64,000 nt of DNA from the human T2T-CHM13v2.0 reference genome, Homo sapiens: the NCBI RefSeq assembly GCF_009914755.1, contig NC_060933.1, one strand, 5' to 3'. Under the pieces are notes generated by a model, which was given only the letters and a program-made list of their open reading frames with translations, did no database searches and was not told the DNA's origin. A program made the position numbers and the translations under genes. This document shows positions 18,032 to 32,754 of this stretch, piece by piece (position 1 is the first letter of the stretch; the number at the start of each line of letters is the position of its first letter).

Positions 18032-19937
18032 AAAAAACGGATCCTTGAAAGAATGGATCGATAGATGGCACAGAGCTAGTCACTATATAGCTGCCATAAA
18101 TTACTTCACTATAAGCGTTTAATTGTATGTTGAAATCCATGCATTATTGTAAAACTATGGAACTCTTTATGGGGCATACTTATCTTTTATGTTCCACAAA
18201 GTCATAATATGTGGTATGAATAAAAAAATTAATATTTGATTAAATGAAAATTTGTTTAATATGTATCATGTATATAGTATACAAGATAAAATGTAATAAT
18301 TAAATTATATCTCTCTGTCATAAAATAATTTATAACTCTGAGGAAATATAATAAAGGTCACTAGATTTAAACCTATTATGTGTCAAGTCGTGAAATATTT
18401 TCAATGTTTAATTCAAAATTAAGGTAGTCAAATTCTGAAAACTCACATGATTGGAGAATTTAAAACTCCTAATTGTGTGTGTAGATTGAATTTTCATATA
18501 GTCATGAGCTTCCTTATGAGAAGCTGAGCTTCCTTTTTAGAAGTTGGTCTGATCCAAAAAGACTGTGTAGAAACTAAACAGTGTTTGAGAAACTACACAA
18601 CCAGAAATAACATCAATAGGAATGGTGAGGAATGGAATGACCTATTTTGAAGGGAAAAGCTCTCTTTGTATCTGGTAAGTGCATTAAATATAAAACTTTT
18701 CATTAATATATTAGAAAAATAGCTAGAAATAAATTGTTAAACACTGAGGAAGACTCAAATGCAGCATAATACATTACATAGAGATTTTATGAATAAACAA
18801 ACAAGGGAAACTTCATTTATTCAGTACTTAGGGTGCCATGTGAGTGTGGGCATAGATGATCCCATTTAATTAGCAAATCATTATGTGTTAAATTCTGTTT
18901 TTAATAACATAAGGACAAGTAAAAATAAATTTATTTTTCTGTCACTATGTGTCAGTTGTCATACCAAGAAATTTATAGACCAATATCAAACATTATACAA
19001 ATGTTTCAACAAAGGATTTAATTTCTCCAATTTCTTAATGGAAACCCAATTTCTGCAGCTATGTTTTGCAGATGATGTGAAATTAAGGGTCAAACTCTTA
19101 GTAGACAACATACCACTGAATCATCACAATAGATTTCAAAAAGGAAATTGGTAAATATGCATCTTGAGATTATACAAAATAAACATGAAAACATAAATCA
19201 TTTTGTTTACTACTATCAAAGCAGCCAGGTAACAGAAAGATTGATAGTTACAGAAATAAATAGAAACATTTTCTATTTATTTTATTTTTCATGCTTCAAA
19301 TACTTGATTTTATAAATTTAAAAGCAAATAAAATAGTATGCATAATAATTTATATTAAAAACATCAACATGTTATGCATGGAACCCTATATATGAGATCC
19401 TTGTAATAATCATTTTATAAAGCACAAATTTATATGTGTGCATGCCCATGCTCTTTATTCTATGCTTTAAATTATTTAATGTTCAATATTCTTATAAAAC
19501 TCATTATGTTATCAATACAAATAAAAAGGCGGCATTCAAATGTTTATCAAGTTAGCACATAAGCAACCAAATAGTAACTTTGTATTTTTTATCGATAAAC
19601 TATTAATTCTATGAGGACAAAGGCCTGCACCTCTTTTATTCACAATTATAACCGTGATGCTTGAAATATGACATCAAACATAATAGACACAAATAGATTT
19701 GCTTACTGGACACCAACAAATAAATGGATGAATTAATTAAATGTGTACACACGTATTTCATAATTTTCCAAATTTTGTGTATTTTAGAATAATTATTAAA
19801 ATTTATATTGAAATAGTAAATTTTAGCATTTCCTTCACCATGCCTTTTCAGTTAGGTTTATTCCTTTACATTTAATTTCAAATATGCTTTCCTCAGCACA
19901 TGGTGTTCTCACATACAATGAGAATTACGTAGATATA

Positions 19938-20418
19938 CAGTTGACCCTTGAACAACACAAATTTGAGCTGCCTGGGTCTGCTTACATGTGGATTTTTTTC
20001 AATACAAGTTGCATAGAATGCACCTGCCTCTCCTGCCTCCCATGCCACCTCCTCCACCTGTTCTGCTCCTGCCAAGCCCTCCTCTCCTTCATCCTCCTCA
20101 GCTTATTCAATGTGAAGACAATGAAGGTAATGACATTTATGATGGTTCATTTCCACTTAATGAATAGTAAATGTATTTTCTCTTTCTTATGATTATCTGA
20201 ATAAGATTTTCTGATCTCTAGCTTACTTTATTGTAAGGATGCAGTATGGAATACATATAACAAACAAAATATGTGTTAATTTACTATGTTATCAGTAAGG
20301 CTTCCAGTCAACAATAGGCTATTAATAGTTAAGTTTTGGGGAATCAACAGTTATATGTGGATTTTTGACTGTTTAACCTTCTGGACCTCTAACTTTCAGG
20401 TTGTTCAAGGCTCAACTC
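19938..20418. mobile_element. Tigger2-family MITE (Tigger2a/MER28-like DNA transposon)
   Basis: Terminal inverted repeats cagttgacccttgaacaac and gttgttcaaggctcaact; TA immediately upstream. Confidence 0.88.
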
Positions 20419-20799
20419 CAATGTCAATAACAAAAAAAAAAGGAAGCATCATTTAACAAACAGTTCAAGTCCTTTCAGGAAATTGTATTATTTGTCCAGT
20501 AATATCTTGAGATGGTTTTCTGATAAGTCAAATATACTGGGATGAAATAAAACATTTTTGTTGCAAATTATAATAGTTTCTTTCACACAGTATTTGAATA
20601 CAAGTAATTCACTTATTTGGGCTTTCATTTCTTTATTTGAAAAATAAAGTGATTTAAGTAGATTATTTTTACATGAAACATTTTGTATTCCAGTTCAATG
20701 CAATTCCATTGCATCCAATTTAATCCAATAAATGTTGATTAAACAGAAATCACATATCAGATACTGCCAGCTGAAGATAGAAAAGATAAGTAGAACATG

Positions 20800-20958
20800 G
20801 TTTAAGAAACACAACCCACATTGCTCATTCATTTATGTGCCAACTACAAATACCTTTGTGTTATAGTAGCAGAGTAGAGTAATTGCAAGAGACTATATGG
20901 ACCACAAGCCTGAAATATTTACTATCTGGACTTTGAACAAAAAGTTTGCTGTTGCCTA
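20800..20958. mobile_element. MER58A-like hAT-Charlie MITE fragment
   Basis: gcagagtagagtaattgc...aagcctgaaatatttactatctgg...aaaagtttgc. Confidence 0.75.
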
Positions 20959-21907
20959 TTGAAGATAATGACGTTTTGCTTCTTTATTATATCCACATAC
21001 CTGCAGATTCAGAATAAGCTTGTCAGGGGCCCTAGCAAAGCAATTTAAATAATAAATACCAAGCTGATAGTGACATTTCTCTTCTCTGACAATCCCCCAA
21101 GCCTGGCTTCACCACTGCATGCTTCTAATTGATGACCTCTCACTTAAATGAACAGAGCTTAGAAGATATATATTAGTAAACTACATAAAATGAAGAACCA
21201 GTAGTGGAACTTCATTCTAAATGGGATATTTTGACATATAATGTCTAAGGGGATCAACTGTGTCTACTCTACAACTGATAAATGAAAGAAAATACACAAA
21301 TACATCTAATAACTCTAACAAAAACGTCAGTATTTAAAAAAACTTTCAAAAAACATTAGTAATATCTTTAAATACTTATCAAGAGAAATCCCATTATCAA
21401 ATATTTCTTGGAACAATATTGTCTGAAAATAAAAAATGACCCTTTGAAGCAGATAAACTCTGTCTCTAAAATGGATAAAATCCCTTTTCAAGATATTAAG
21501 AGCACAACATTACTTTGAGAATTCCAGTATGCACATAAAATTTAATTACAAAAAAATCCTACAAGCCATCCTTTATCACACAAACTTTATGCCCAGGAGC
21601 AGATTGTATTATTTTACTATTAATCATACAGCCTTTACATACATGTCTTAGTCAAATTTAGATATAGTGTAGAAAGTTGTTGAAATTGAGAGCCAGAATT
21701 CAATTACCGATAGTAGTCCAAATACTCTGAACCTCACCTTTTAATACTTTATATGGCTCACCTGTCTGTGAAAGGGATATAACCCTTATTATTTTGCATT
21801 AATTACGCATTGAAGGTATAACATATTTTTACTGCCCCAATTCCATAGCAATGCAAATTATTGTGAAATACTTATATCTAAAACTTAAAGTATTATATCT
21901 AAAGTGA

Positions 21908-21910
<3 letters not shown>

Positions 21911-21940
<30 letters not shown>
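21911..21940. repeat. (GT)15 microsatellite
   Basis: Perfect dinucleotide run. Confidence 0.95.
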
Positions 21941-21941
<1 letters not shown>

Positions 21942-22394
21942 CTTTGTGTATTATTGTTGGTGTTTGTTTGCTTATATTCTTTGCTTCGTCTTAGGTATCC
22001 GTTATATATTCAATCATCAGTATTTTTAAATTAAACTGAAATAAGATCATTGAAAACAAGGAAATTGTGTAATAAGATGATTTCTAGAAATGCTGATTTT
22101 TTCCCCAAAAGTAGGAAGTAAACAAATGAATTTTATTTTGTTAACACTTCTCAAAATGATAAAGTTAACAGAGTGTGGAGGTTGACAAGTCTCAGCAGAT
22201 TTCATCTTCTCAAAAAGTAGCTCCAAAGTTTCTAATGCCATAGAACTGAGAGGGAGCAATGTTATCATCAAAGACGGCTGTGATGTATTTCCTTTTCTCT
22301 AGAAATTATGTGGAAATAGGGATGAATCCAATTGTTAAGCTCTCGTTAGTGCTATTTTAACAATCTGCTTTCAAACTATAGTCTTAGTTTCTTT

Positions 22395-22780
22395 TTTCAG
22401 TTTATTAAGGCATATATATAAAATAAAAATTTTATATATTTAAGGTATATAACATGTTTTCATACATTTATAGATTATGAAATATTCAAAAGCAAGGTAA
22501 TTCACCTATCACCTCACAAGCTTATCAATTTTTGTGGGGAGAATTTGAAAGTTATTCTCTATTAGCAATTTTCAAGTATAAAATGTATTATTATTTAATA
22601 TAATCACTACACTATATAATATTTAAGAACTTAATCATCTTGAGTAACTGAAACCTTCTATCCTTTGATCAACATCTCCCTATACCCTTCCTTCAGCCAC
22701 TGGTAACCGCCATTCCACTCTGCTTCTAAGAGTTACATATTTTTTAGATTCCGCATATGAGCTCATGCAGTACATTTTTC
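22395..22780 (-). mobile_element. L1MA-type 3' end fragment
   Basis: tatatatttaaggtatataacatg, ttagcaattttcaagtata, taactgaaac...ctttgatcaacatctccc, ttttagattcc. Confidence 0.75.
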
Positions 22781-23164
22781 TGCGTTAGTCCATTATTGCA
22801 CTGCTGTGAATAAATGCCTGAAACTGGATAATTCATAAAGAAAAAAGGTTTAATTGGCTCACGATTTCACAGATTGTACAGGAAACATGGCTGCCGAGGC
22901 CTCAGGAAGCTTCCAATTATGGCAGAAGTCGAAGGAAAAGCAGGCATGTCTTAAATAGCCAGCGCAGGAGGTAGAGAGAGAAGGGAAAAGTGCCATACAC
23001 TTTTAAATAGCCAGGTGTTGTGAGAACTCACTCATTACAATGAGAACAGCAAGGAAGAAATCTGCCCCCGTGATCCAATCACCTTCCACCAGGCCCCTCC
23101 TCTAACACTGAGCATTACAACTGGACATGAGATTTGAGAGAGGACACAAATCTAAACCATATCA
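22781..23164 (-). mobile_element. MSTA-like MaLR LTR
   Basis: tg..ttagtcc start, aggtttaattggctcac, gaggcctcaggaagcttccaattatggcagaag, ...aaaccatatca end. Confidence 0.85.
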
Positions 23165-24697
23165 CTTCCAAAAGCCCTACCTCTTATCAACATATAAATT
23201 TGGGAATTACTATTCCAACACATGAAATTCTATTGACACATTCACATTCAAATCATAGTAGATTTTTTTTTATGTGTAGAATGTTGGTTCTAAATCTCAT
23301 AGCTTTTTCAGATGTGAAGAGAATTTTGTATAATTCAGATAAGATATTTTTGAGGTAAAATGTATCTACTTATGTAATCTAGCATATCTGTGCACAGAAC
23401 TGGCATGAAGAAATCTTTTTTTGAAATTCATCTCTAATGTGTGGGACTTGTAATCCTCCTTATTGTCTAAAGCAATATACCATAGCATTGTCCACATACT
23501 TTTGAGCTTACCTACATCCTGATAGGCACAAGAAAACGTGTTAAAACAATCTCGCCCTCATAATATTTACTAAATGTATAATAGTTTGAATTTCTAAAAA
23601 TATTGATTTAAATGCTTAAGTGTAAGACTGATGAAAATACAATTTAGATAGCCTAAATGACTGTAAATGAATAAAAGCTTTAGCAGATTATTGGAGTCTT
23701 CACTGAAAAATAGTACTAAAAGATTATTATAGATAGATGGCTTCCTAGTGTTCACAATAGCGAAGAATGTGTAAGTTTAATTAACAAATTATTCTAAATT
23801 TCTCAGATAAAAATTAAATAGGAAGGGCTTAAGGAACAACATTATATTACCCCATTAGAAGTCAATTTTTTCTGATGACGATCATCTAGGTTAATTTAGT
23901 TGACGTGGCTTTATTATCATGAAGGTTTTCACGATTCGTTTAAAAACTTAGTCTCATAGGATAGTCATTATAAAGAAAAATGAGTATTATATTAATTGTT
24001 GTTAAAAATTTCTCTGTGAAATAAGACAAAATATGAGTGGTGAATTATCTAAATACACAATCTCATGCAAAATACTTGGATGAAAAGCTCAGAGTTGCTG
24101 ATTCTAGAAGAAAAATTCAATGGATTTTGCTATGTTCAGGTGAGAAAAAAGTCATAGAGAAAATTAATTAGATTGATGGTGCTTGGAATTACTAATAATG
24201 TATTATGTAGATAGGATAATAGTTTTTAGAATCTGTAGTTTGTGAACTATGAGAACAATCATGCTGATGATTATTTTTTAGTTTAAAGCATTGTAAGACG
24301 ACATGTAAAGCAGTAATTTAAAGCATAGTAAAATATTTGTAATTGATGAATCTATTTCTATTTTCTATAGTTAGAGAAATGTAGCTACATACCGCCAAAG
24401 AAATGCTAATTTATATTAAAAAGTTGAATCACCAGAACTTGTATAGAAAGTTAGAAATTACTCTTCTGGTATTATTGAATGTGAATGTGTATATGCAGAA
24501 GGTAGACAAGGAGAGACAGAGAGAGAGAGAGAGAGAGAATATGAAATTATTATGTTAACATTTTACAGTAACATACATGTGATTTAAAGTCCAAGCAGTT
24601 GTTAATGGTGCCGTCATTTAACATTGAGTATCCTCAAGGAGTTTCTCCATCCACCTCTGGTACATAACATGGCATTTTTATTAAATAATCTTTTATA

Positions 24698-25010
<313 letters not shown>

Positions 25011-25049
25011 TTATAGCACTTCGTAGAGTTTTTTAAATATACAATGTGA

Positions 25050-26572
25050 TTTTTTTTCTTCTACTTTTAATTTCCTTGGGTACAGGTGCAGGTTTATTAC
25101 ATGGATAAATTGTGTGTTGCTGAAGCTTGGTGTACCAGTGATCCAGTCACCCACGTAGTGAACATAGTACCCCATAGGTAGCCTTCCAACACAGCTGCTT
25201 CTCTCATTCTACCCTCTCAAGTAGTCCCCAGTGTCTATTGTTCTCATCTTGGTTTCCATGTGTATTTAATGTTTAGCTCCCACTTTTAAGTGAGATCATG
25301 TGATATTTGGTTCTCTGTTTCTGTATTAGTTTGCTTGGGATAATGGCCTCCAGCTGCATTCATGTTGCTGTAAAGGACACAATTTTATTCTTTTTTTACG
25401 GCTGTGTAGTATTTCATGGTGTCTATGTACCACATTTTCTTTCCTATTCCACAATTGGTGGGCATCTTGGTTGAATCTATGTCTTTGCTATTGTGAACAG
25501 CACTGCAATGAACATGAGAGTGCATGTATCTTTTCGGTTAAACAATTTATTTTCCTTTGGGTATATATCCAGTAGTGGGATTGCTGAATCAAATGGCAGT
25601 TTTAAGTATTTGGGGAAATTTCTGCACTGCTTTCTATGGTGGATGAACTAGCAATATGTAGTGTACCATTCACACTAGCAATGTATAAATGTTCCCGTTT
25701 CTTCACAACTTTGCCAGCATCTGTTGTTTTTTGATTTTTTATTAATAGTCATTCTGACTGGTGTGATATGGTATCTCAGTATTGTTTTGATTTGCATTTC
25801 TCTAATGATTAGTGATGATGGGCATTTTTAAATATATTTGTTGGCTATATGTATGTCTTTTTTTTTTTGAAAAAGTTCTGTTTATGTTCTTTTCCATATT
25901 TTTAATAGGGTTGTTTTTTGTTTCATGAATACTTTAAATTTCTTAAAGATCCTGGATATTAGATCTTTGTTAGATGATTAGTTTGTGGATATTTTCCCCC
26001 ATTCTGTAGGTTTTCTGTTCACTCTGTTAATAGTTTCTTTTTTCGTTGTTGTTCAGAAGCTCTTGAATTTAATTAGGTCCTATTTGTGTATTTCTGTTTT
26101 ACAATTGATTTGGTGGACTTAGTCGTAAATTCTTTGTCATGGCCAATGTTTAGAATGGCATTTACTGGTTTTCTCCCAGGGATTTTTATTGTTTTAGGTT
26201 TTACATTTAAATGTTAAATCCATCCTGAGCAAATTATTGAATAAGGTGAAAGAAAAGAGCCCAACATTAATCTTCTACATATTGCTAGCCACTTATCCCA
26301 GCACCAGTTATTGACTAGGTAGTCCTTCCCCATACTGTTTGATATTGTTTTGGTCAGAAATCGGGTGATTGTAGGCATATGGCTTTATTTCTGGGGTCTC
26401 TATCCTGTTCCATTAGTCTATGTGTACATTTTTGTACCAGTACCATGCTGTTTTGGTTGCTGTGGCCTTGTCATATAGTTTAAAGTTGGGTAGTATAATG
26501 CCTCAGGCTTTGTTCTTTTTGCTTAGGATTGTTTTGGGATTCAAGCTTTTTTTGATTCCTTACGAATTTTAT
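25050..26572 (-). mobile_element. L1PA15/16-like 3' fragment (about 1.5 kb, 5'-truncated)
   Basis: T-rich tail, gtgcaggtttattacatgg...gtcacccacgtagtgaacatagtaccc 3' UTR, and continuous antisense ORF2 to taccagtaccatgctgttttgg. Confidence 0.85.
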
Positions 26573-26574
26573 GA

Positions 26575-27076
26575 TATTCAAGAGCAAATAAATATATTTA
26601 TAATGGTGATAATGCCATCAATGACTAAAGTTTTGGAAAATCTCTCAAAATTGACAGGATGACAAAAAGGAGGGAGTCTTTAAATCAAGTTTATCCTAAA
26701 GCTGCCTACTTACATTTTTTAAGTTTGGCCTAAATGTTTGTCTGTACATCGTGAACTATAGCATAAATGGAAGTGTAAACAGACTGTAATCTATTCTTGT
26801 GCCAATCACTGAGTTTTGGCCAATCAAATGTGGCCAAATGCTAACCGTGTTCAATTAAGACAAATGCCAAGCTGTAACCTATCTGGCTGTTTGTGCAACT
26901 CACTTTCATTTTCTGTAGGTCACTTTCCTTTTTCTCTCCATAAATGCTCTTCCACCATGGGACTGCGCTGGAGTCTCTGAGCCTACTCCGGCTTGGGAAG
27001 TTGCCTGATTTGCAAATCATTCTTTGCTCAATAAAACGCTTGCAAATTTAATTTGGCTGAAGTTTTTCTTTTAACA
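26575..27076 (+). mobile_element. MER57 (ERV1) 3' LTR (about 26677-27076) with about 100 bp of internal sequence and polypurine tract
   Basis: taaatcaagtttatcctaaagctgcct...ccaatca x2...aataaa...tttcttttaaca matches MER57; upstream atgactaaagttttgg...tctctcaaaattga...aaaaaggagggag is a PPT-bearing internal end. Confidence 0.8.
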
Positions 27077-27839
27077 CAAGCTACCTTTATCCAGAACAGT
27101 TTTAATGCAGGCAAAGACTGAGACACTCTGAAAAGAATTCTACTCATCAACTAAAGTTTTTTTTCTACCCTAGAATGGTTGGCCTCTTTCCCCAAATTTT
27201 AAGGCACTTAGACTGTAAAGCACAGCATGCTTTTCTCATACTGACATATACCTAACGGCCACTTTGCCATCTCAAAAAACTATATATCAAATTGTATCCA
27301 TCCCTCTCCTATTTATAAAATGTTCTCTTTTATTATTCTACCAAGTTACTTTGAATGTGACTTCACAAAGTTTTTGGAGAATCAACTGAGGTACTATATA
27401 GGGACTTACTATGAAAACATTGAAGCACTAAATAAGCAAATTATGCTATTTTTGGAGAAGAGTGCAGAAGTGTGAGATCATGTATGTTGAAATACATTCT
27501 CAAGCAGCACATACTATTATAAGTACAATATAAATATTTTATATGTAAAACAATTACCAGTAATTTTTTTCTAAAAGCACTAAGTCAATCTTCAAAGAAG
27601 ACTGTGAGAAGAGCCAATACCATTCTAATCTTCTGTTATTTGTAGTCACATCTGCCTTTCACATGAGAATATACATTTTTTTTAGGACAGCGCTCTGTCT
27701 TACTCCTGTGTCTTTTTCCTCAGCACAATGCCTCACCCACAATATAAGTGCAAAAAATTTAAAAATTTTTTTAAATTTTTAAAAATTGGGGGAATTAAGT
27801 AGATCTTTAGTATATGCCACTTATACAAAAGCCACAAAA

Positions 27840-29520
27840 GAATTTTACTTCCAATCTAGCAGTAATATCAAGGTAGATAAATTATAAAATTAGATTTTTT
27901 GAGCCTATGAGAGAACTGAGGTCACAAGGTAACCCAGTAAACTGAAATCCAAAGAATGACAACATTTTCTGTAGAGACTATTAGCTGCTTAAAGTATAAA
28001 GAATATAAAAAAATTTACAGCTTTTCTAGAAGAAAAACCTATAGAAATAAGAACATAGTGAATGAGCAGATAATCCCTTCATTGTTATGAAGTTCATAAA
28101 TTGGAAATGCCTTATAATGAAGTTTTAAATTATTTGTGAATTTTGATAATTTTAGATGTAGACTATGATAGTTAAAAATTTATTTTGTAAATACCAAAGA
28201 AACCAATAAAATGAGAAGAAATAATAGTTTAAAATGTATGAATAAAATAAAAGGGTATGAAACATAAGTAATTTGTCAAAAATAAGACACAAAATTTGGA
28301 ACTGAGGAAAAGGAGTGTATAAGAAGTGTAGAAATTAAACATCAAGAGAGTAGATTTTAACTCATAGAGATAGAGACTAAAATGATAGCTACTAGAGGCT
28401 AGTGTGGGAAGGGGAGCATGAGAAAGTTTAGAAAAATGTTGATCAAAGGAAATGAAATTTTAGGTAGATAGAAACAACTTCAAGACATGTATTATAAATA
28501 AGATGACTATTGTTAATAAGAACGTGTTGTAATCTTAAAAATGGTAAGAGAATAGATTTTAAGTGTTCTTGCTACAAAAAATGTTAATGATGAGGTAACT
28601 CATAATTAGCTCAATTTAGCCATTTTACCATGTACACATACTTTAAAACATCATGCTGTACATGATAAATATATACAATTTTTACTTGTCAACTAGAGAA
28701 AGAAGTAAATTATAAAAAATCCAAACATATCAATAATTAAAATAGATGCATCAAAGGCTCTAATTAAGAGGGATAGCATAATAATAGATATAAAACAAGA
28801 TTAATTATGTGTGTATGAGGTACAAATAAGTTGAAAATAAAAGGATGGAAGAAAATTACAGCATGAACACTAAGCAGCAGGAAGCTAGTGTGACCTGCTA
28901 ATAACAGACAAAATAAAGTTCAAGGTAAAGAGTATTATCAGAGCTAAAAAGCCCACCATTCTGCAATCAAGGAATAGTTTGATAATGAAGAAAACATAAT
29001 GCCAAATGTATATGCACCCTATAACAAAGTTCCCACATATAGACAAGGGATTTAACAAAATCATAGGGAACTAGAGACAAATCTCCAAATCATATTTGAA
29101 GACTTTCAGATGCCTCTCTCAATGGTAAATAAAACAAATAAAAAAATTCATAGAAATGTGGAAGCCATAAACTCAACCTCAGTAACCTGAACTCACCTCA
29201 TGAGTTATCATAGATAAGCAAATTAAACCAAAATGAGATATTACTGGATACCCACTATAATGGAAAAAATAAAAAAATAATTGACAACACTATTTCTAGA
29301 ATATGTGGAGCAACCAGAACTCTCAAACAAAGAGAAATGAGATTTTAAGGGTTTCTTTTTCACAGGGCCCTCATCTGCCTTGACTGGAAAAGTGCCCATG
29401 GGAACACTGCATGGTGATGGAAAGATACTCTGTCTTGATATTCTGTCATCAAATCTGATTAAATGTTACACTTAAGATTTAAACATTTCATAGTATATAA
29501 ATTATACTACAATAAAAAAT
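27840..29520 (+). mobile_element. Mosaic of old L1M fragments, including an L1MA-type 3' end at about 28365-28700
   Basis: attagctcaatttagccatt...aaaacatcatgctgtacatgataaatatatacaatttt (3' end) lies amid degenerate endonuclease-region sequence (aaaggatggaagaaa, tgtatatgcacc). Confidence 0.6.
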
Positions 29521-29985
29521 AATAGTCTTAAAATGCATTTAAAATGCATCCCTCTTTAAAAAATCAATTTAAAGTGTTTAGAAAAAGCTGAAAGGAATGG
29601 TACAAGCTTCACTTTACAGATTAGCTCAAAACAGTGCTATCAAGAATGAGTTCCAACCTTAAATATACATTTATGAATATGAAAGACATCATTACTTCCT
29701 TCGTATGGCAGACAGTCTGCACCATGTCATGTGTGCATATACTTCTGCCCTATTTCTCCATAAATAGCTTGAATTTGCTTGAAGACAATGCTAGTTTTTT
29801 GAGTGCTGAAGCTAGATCATGTGCTTATAGAGAACCTGTGACCTCCTACCTTAGGTCTTTTCAGGCAGAGGGCTTGACATTCATTTAAATTATTCTCCCA
29901 GTGAATATATTACTTGTACTTACTCTGCTAAGGTAATCAAATTATATACTATATACTATGTAATATATACTATTACTATATATAC

Positions 29986-30018
<33 letters not shown>

Positions 30019-30904
30019 GCACACACAATTACTGACCACTGATTATATGCCAGGCATTTGACAAAAAAAATTTATCTACTTTTTCTATATAATATAATAT
30101 AATATAAATTTAGCATGATCTTTTAATAGAAGATTATTTTGTCCCTTAAAATAGACAAAAAATTATGCTCCAATATGTAAACGCTTAAAGTATCACAGAT
30201 ACTTTATTAGTAAGTAAATAAGTCTAAGATAAAACTTAGATCAAACCTGGTTTTGCCTTATTCCAAGAATATGTGTTTAACTATCCCTATTCATATATAA
30301 CCTCCCAAATGGTAAACACATTACCCTTGAAGAATAAAATTGACTATCCTGTTTTATACACTTTTGTATCCCAAGCATAAAACATGTCCCTGACAAAAAA
30401 AAATCACATGTAAATATTTCATATGTTGATCTGTACAGAATAGAACACACAATAATTGAGGGAAAAAAAGACAAAAGCAAAGAAGTAAAAATAAGACATT
30501 TTGACCTCAAACAGGCAATGCCATTTCTACAAAATATGGGGGGAACAGAGTTTCTTTGCTTTATTTTTTCCTTTAATCTTTTGATCCTGAGGTCAGGTCC
30601 TTGGAAGAGTACCTATAAAGACTTCAAAGGCCTATACTTGAAGTAGACATTGGAAACAACACCTATTTCTTCTTTCAGATTAGAATGAAGGAGTGTTCAT
30701 TGTCTTACCTGTTCATGAGATTCAAAAAGAGAGAAGAGCAACTCTAAAAGGTTGGGAGCTGAAATATAGTGGAGTCTGTCATTTTTAACTTTCTTTAGTC
30801 CATTTATCTACAAAAGAAACAGAAGTATACTTTAGTAAAAGTTTAGAGTGCCCATAACCTTGGGATAAAAATATTTTTAATATTTTCAAATATGTTGGAT
30901 TTGT

Positions 30905-31008
30905 TTTACTTTTCAATTTTTATTTTTGAATCAGAGGGTACATGTGCAGGTTTCTTACAGAGGTATATTGTGTGCTGCTGATATTTGGAGTATGAATATA
31001 TCCATCAA
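30905..31008 (-). mobile_element. Short L1P (L1PA16/L1PB-like) 3' end
   Basis: gagggtacatgtgcaggtttcttac...ggtatattgtgtg after a T-rich tail. Confidence 0.65.
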
Positions 31009-31849
31009 TATTTGAAACCTGATTAATTCATACTTATTTTACTATTAATATAATAATTTGCTGGGGAAAAGAATCTCAGCTCAGCCTTGGAATTGATATA
31101 TTTTACAAGGTAGAAAACCAGTTTGTCATAAAATTTAGAAGAAAGTTACTAAATTTATTCATAGTATTATTATTTAAAACATTTTTAGGATCAAATTTTA
31201 GCATATTTAAATTTGACAAATTGTTTTGAGACAGAAAATCTATAGGATATGCAAATTTACAAAAAGTTAGATGGTAAAACCCTCTTTTTTTTCAAAGCAA
31301 GGAATGTATGCAAATATTTTTAAAATCGTTTGTCAGTAAAAATGAAGAAAATTAAAATGAAGAAAACAGAAGTCAAAAGAAGAATGAGGGTCTGTATCTC
31401 CAGTGATCATATGTGAGTGATGTGGCAACATTTGCGGAAGTATATAACTGTGTTTAATAAAAACATGAGGTATTTAATCTCTAGATTAAACTGTCAAAAT
31501 ATCTGTGATGAATATTGGTTTTGGGAGAGTTCAATACAGACTTTCCCAAAGGGGCCTTTTATGCCTCTCTAGCTATGTAGTCAAGCCAGGCTTACAAAGC
31601 AGTTAGACCGTTTGAAAGACAGCACCAAATTGACACCGGGTATCAACAGGAAAGTTTTGAACTTTACCCAGCACATCATAGTTGAATAGTTAGTCGGTTA
31701 GTTAGTATATAGCCTTGACAGTCTAAACCAAGTATCCAGGTACTGCTGGAGATAAGCTTAAAGCTGTTCCAATCCAGCTGTAATACAATTCTAACCTATG
31801 TAACATTCATAATCTAAGTTCTGACCTTAAGATGCTGGAAAATAAACAA

Positions 31850-32225
31850 GAAATTAAATCCAAAATTAAGTAGGAGGAAGTATGGGATACATAGTAAAAA
31901 GAAAAATCAATGAAAGAGAATAAAATAATGAAAATTGACAAACCCAGTGTTATTTATTTTAAAGGATGAATAGAATATATAAAAAACAGGATACACATAG
32001 AAAATATATTACACAGAAAAGAATGGAAGATGCACACTATCTGATTTCAAGGCTCACCAAATAGCTACAGAGGTCAAGAAAGTTTTGTATTTGTGTTAGG
32101 GTAGACAAATATAATAGACTCCATACCTAGATCTACCTATATATGATCAACAAATTTTTGGCAAGGCAATTCACTGGGGAAAGGAAAGTATTTTAAACAA
32201 ATCATGCTTGTAACTTGAATAAATT
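31850..32225 (+). mobile_element. Old L1M ORF2 fragment
   Basis: cactatctgatttcaag...agctacag, aggcaattcactggggaaaggaaagtattttaaacaaat. Confidence 0.6.
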
Positions 32226-32327
32226 GTTCAGAGTCAGTCTAGCCCACAAAGTGGCTGACTTCATGGTCTAATTTCAATCATGTCTTTCATTATATTTTTG
32301 GAAATAAAGGTAAATTGAAGGTTATAT

Positions 32328-32363
<36 letters not shown>

Positions 32364-32754
32364 TACACATATACATATATGTACACACACACATATATAC
32401 AGACCTACATATATGTGTGTGTGTATTATTTTTCTCATATTTTATGTATCTATTTATTAAATTTCTCAAACTAAGGGGTTTTTGTCTCTATAGTGACTTT
32501 TTCATTAATCAGGCATCAGAAATAAATGTTCCCATTTCTTGAGAGAAAAACTCTTTTCAGATCCTTTGGCATAAGTCAAATCAAATGTTGTTCTGTCTCA
32601 GTATGTTCCATTTTGAATTGCTTCTCCTGTAGGCAGAACCTGTAACTGACATATTTTTACTTCCCCTGGTGTGCAATGTTTTATTAAGCTAATATGTCTT
32701 TAGGTTATTGTAGGTTCAACTAATTTTGGATGTAAATCTTTGTGAAATATAGAT

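Noticed and set aside
27753-27780. 13-bp-arm inverted repeat aaaaatttaaaaa / tttttaaattttt
   Set aside because: A/T-only low-complexity sequence, expected by chance in this composition.
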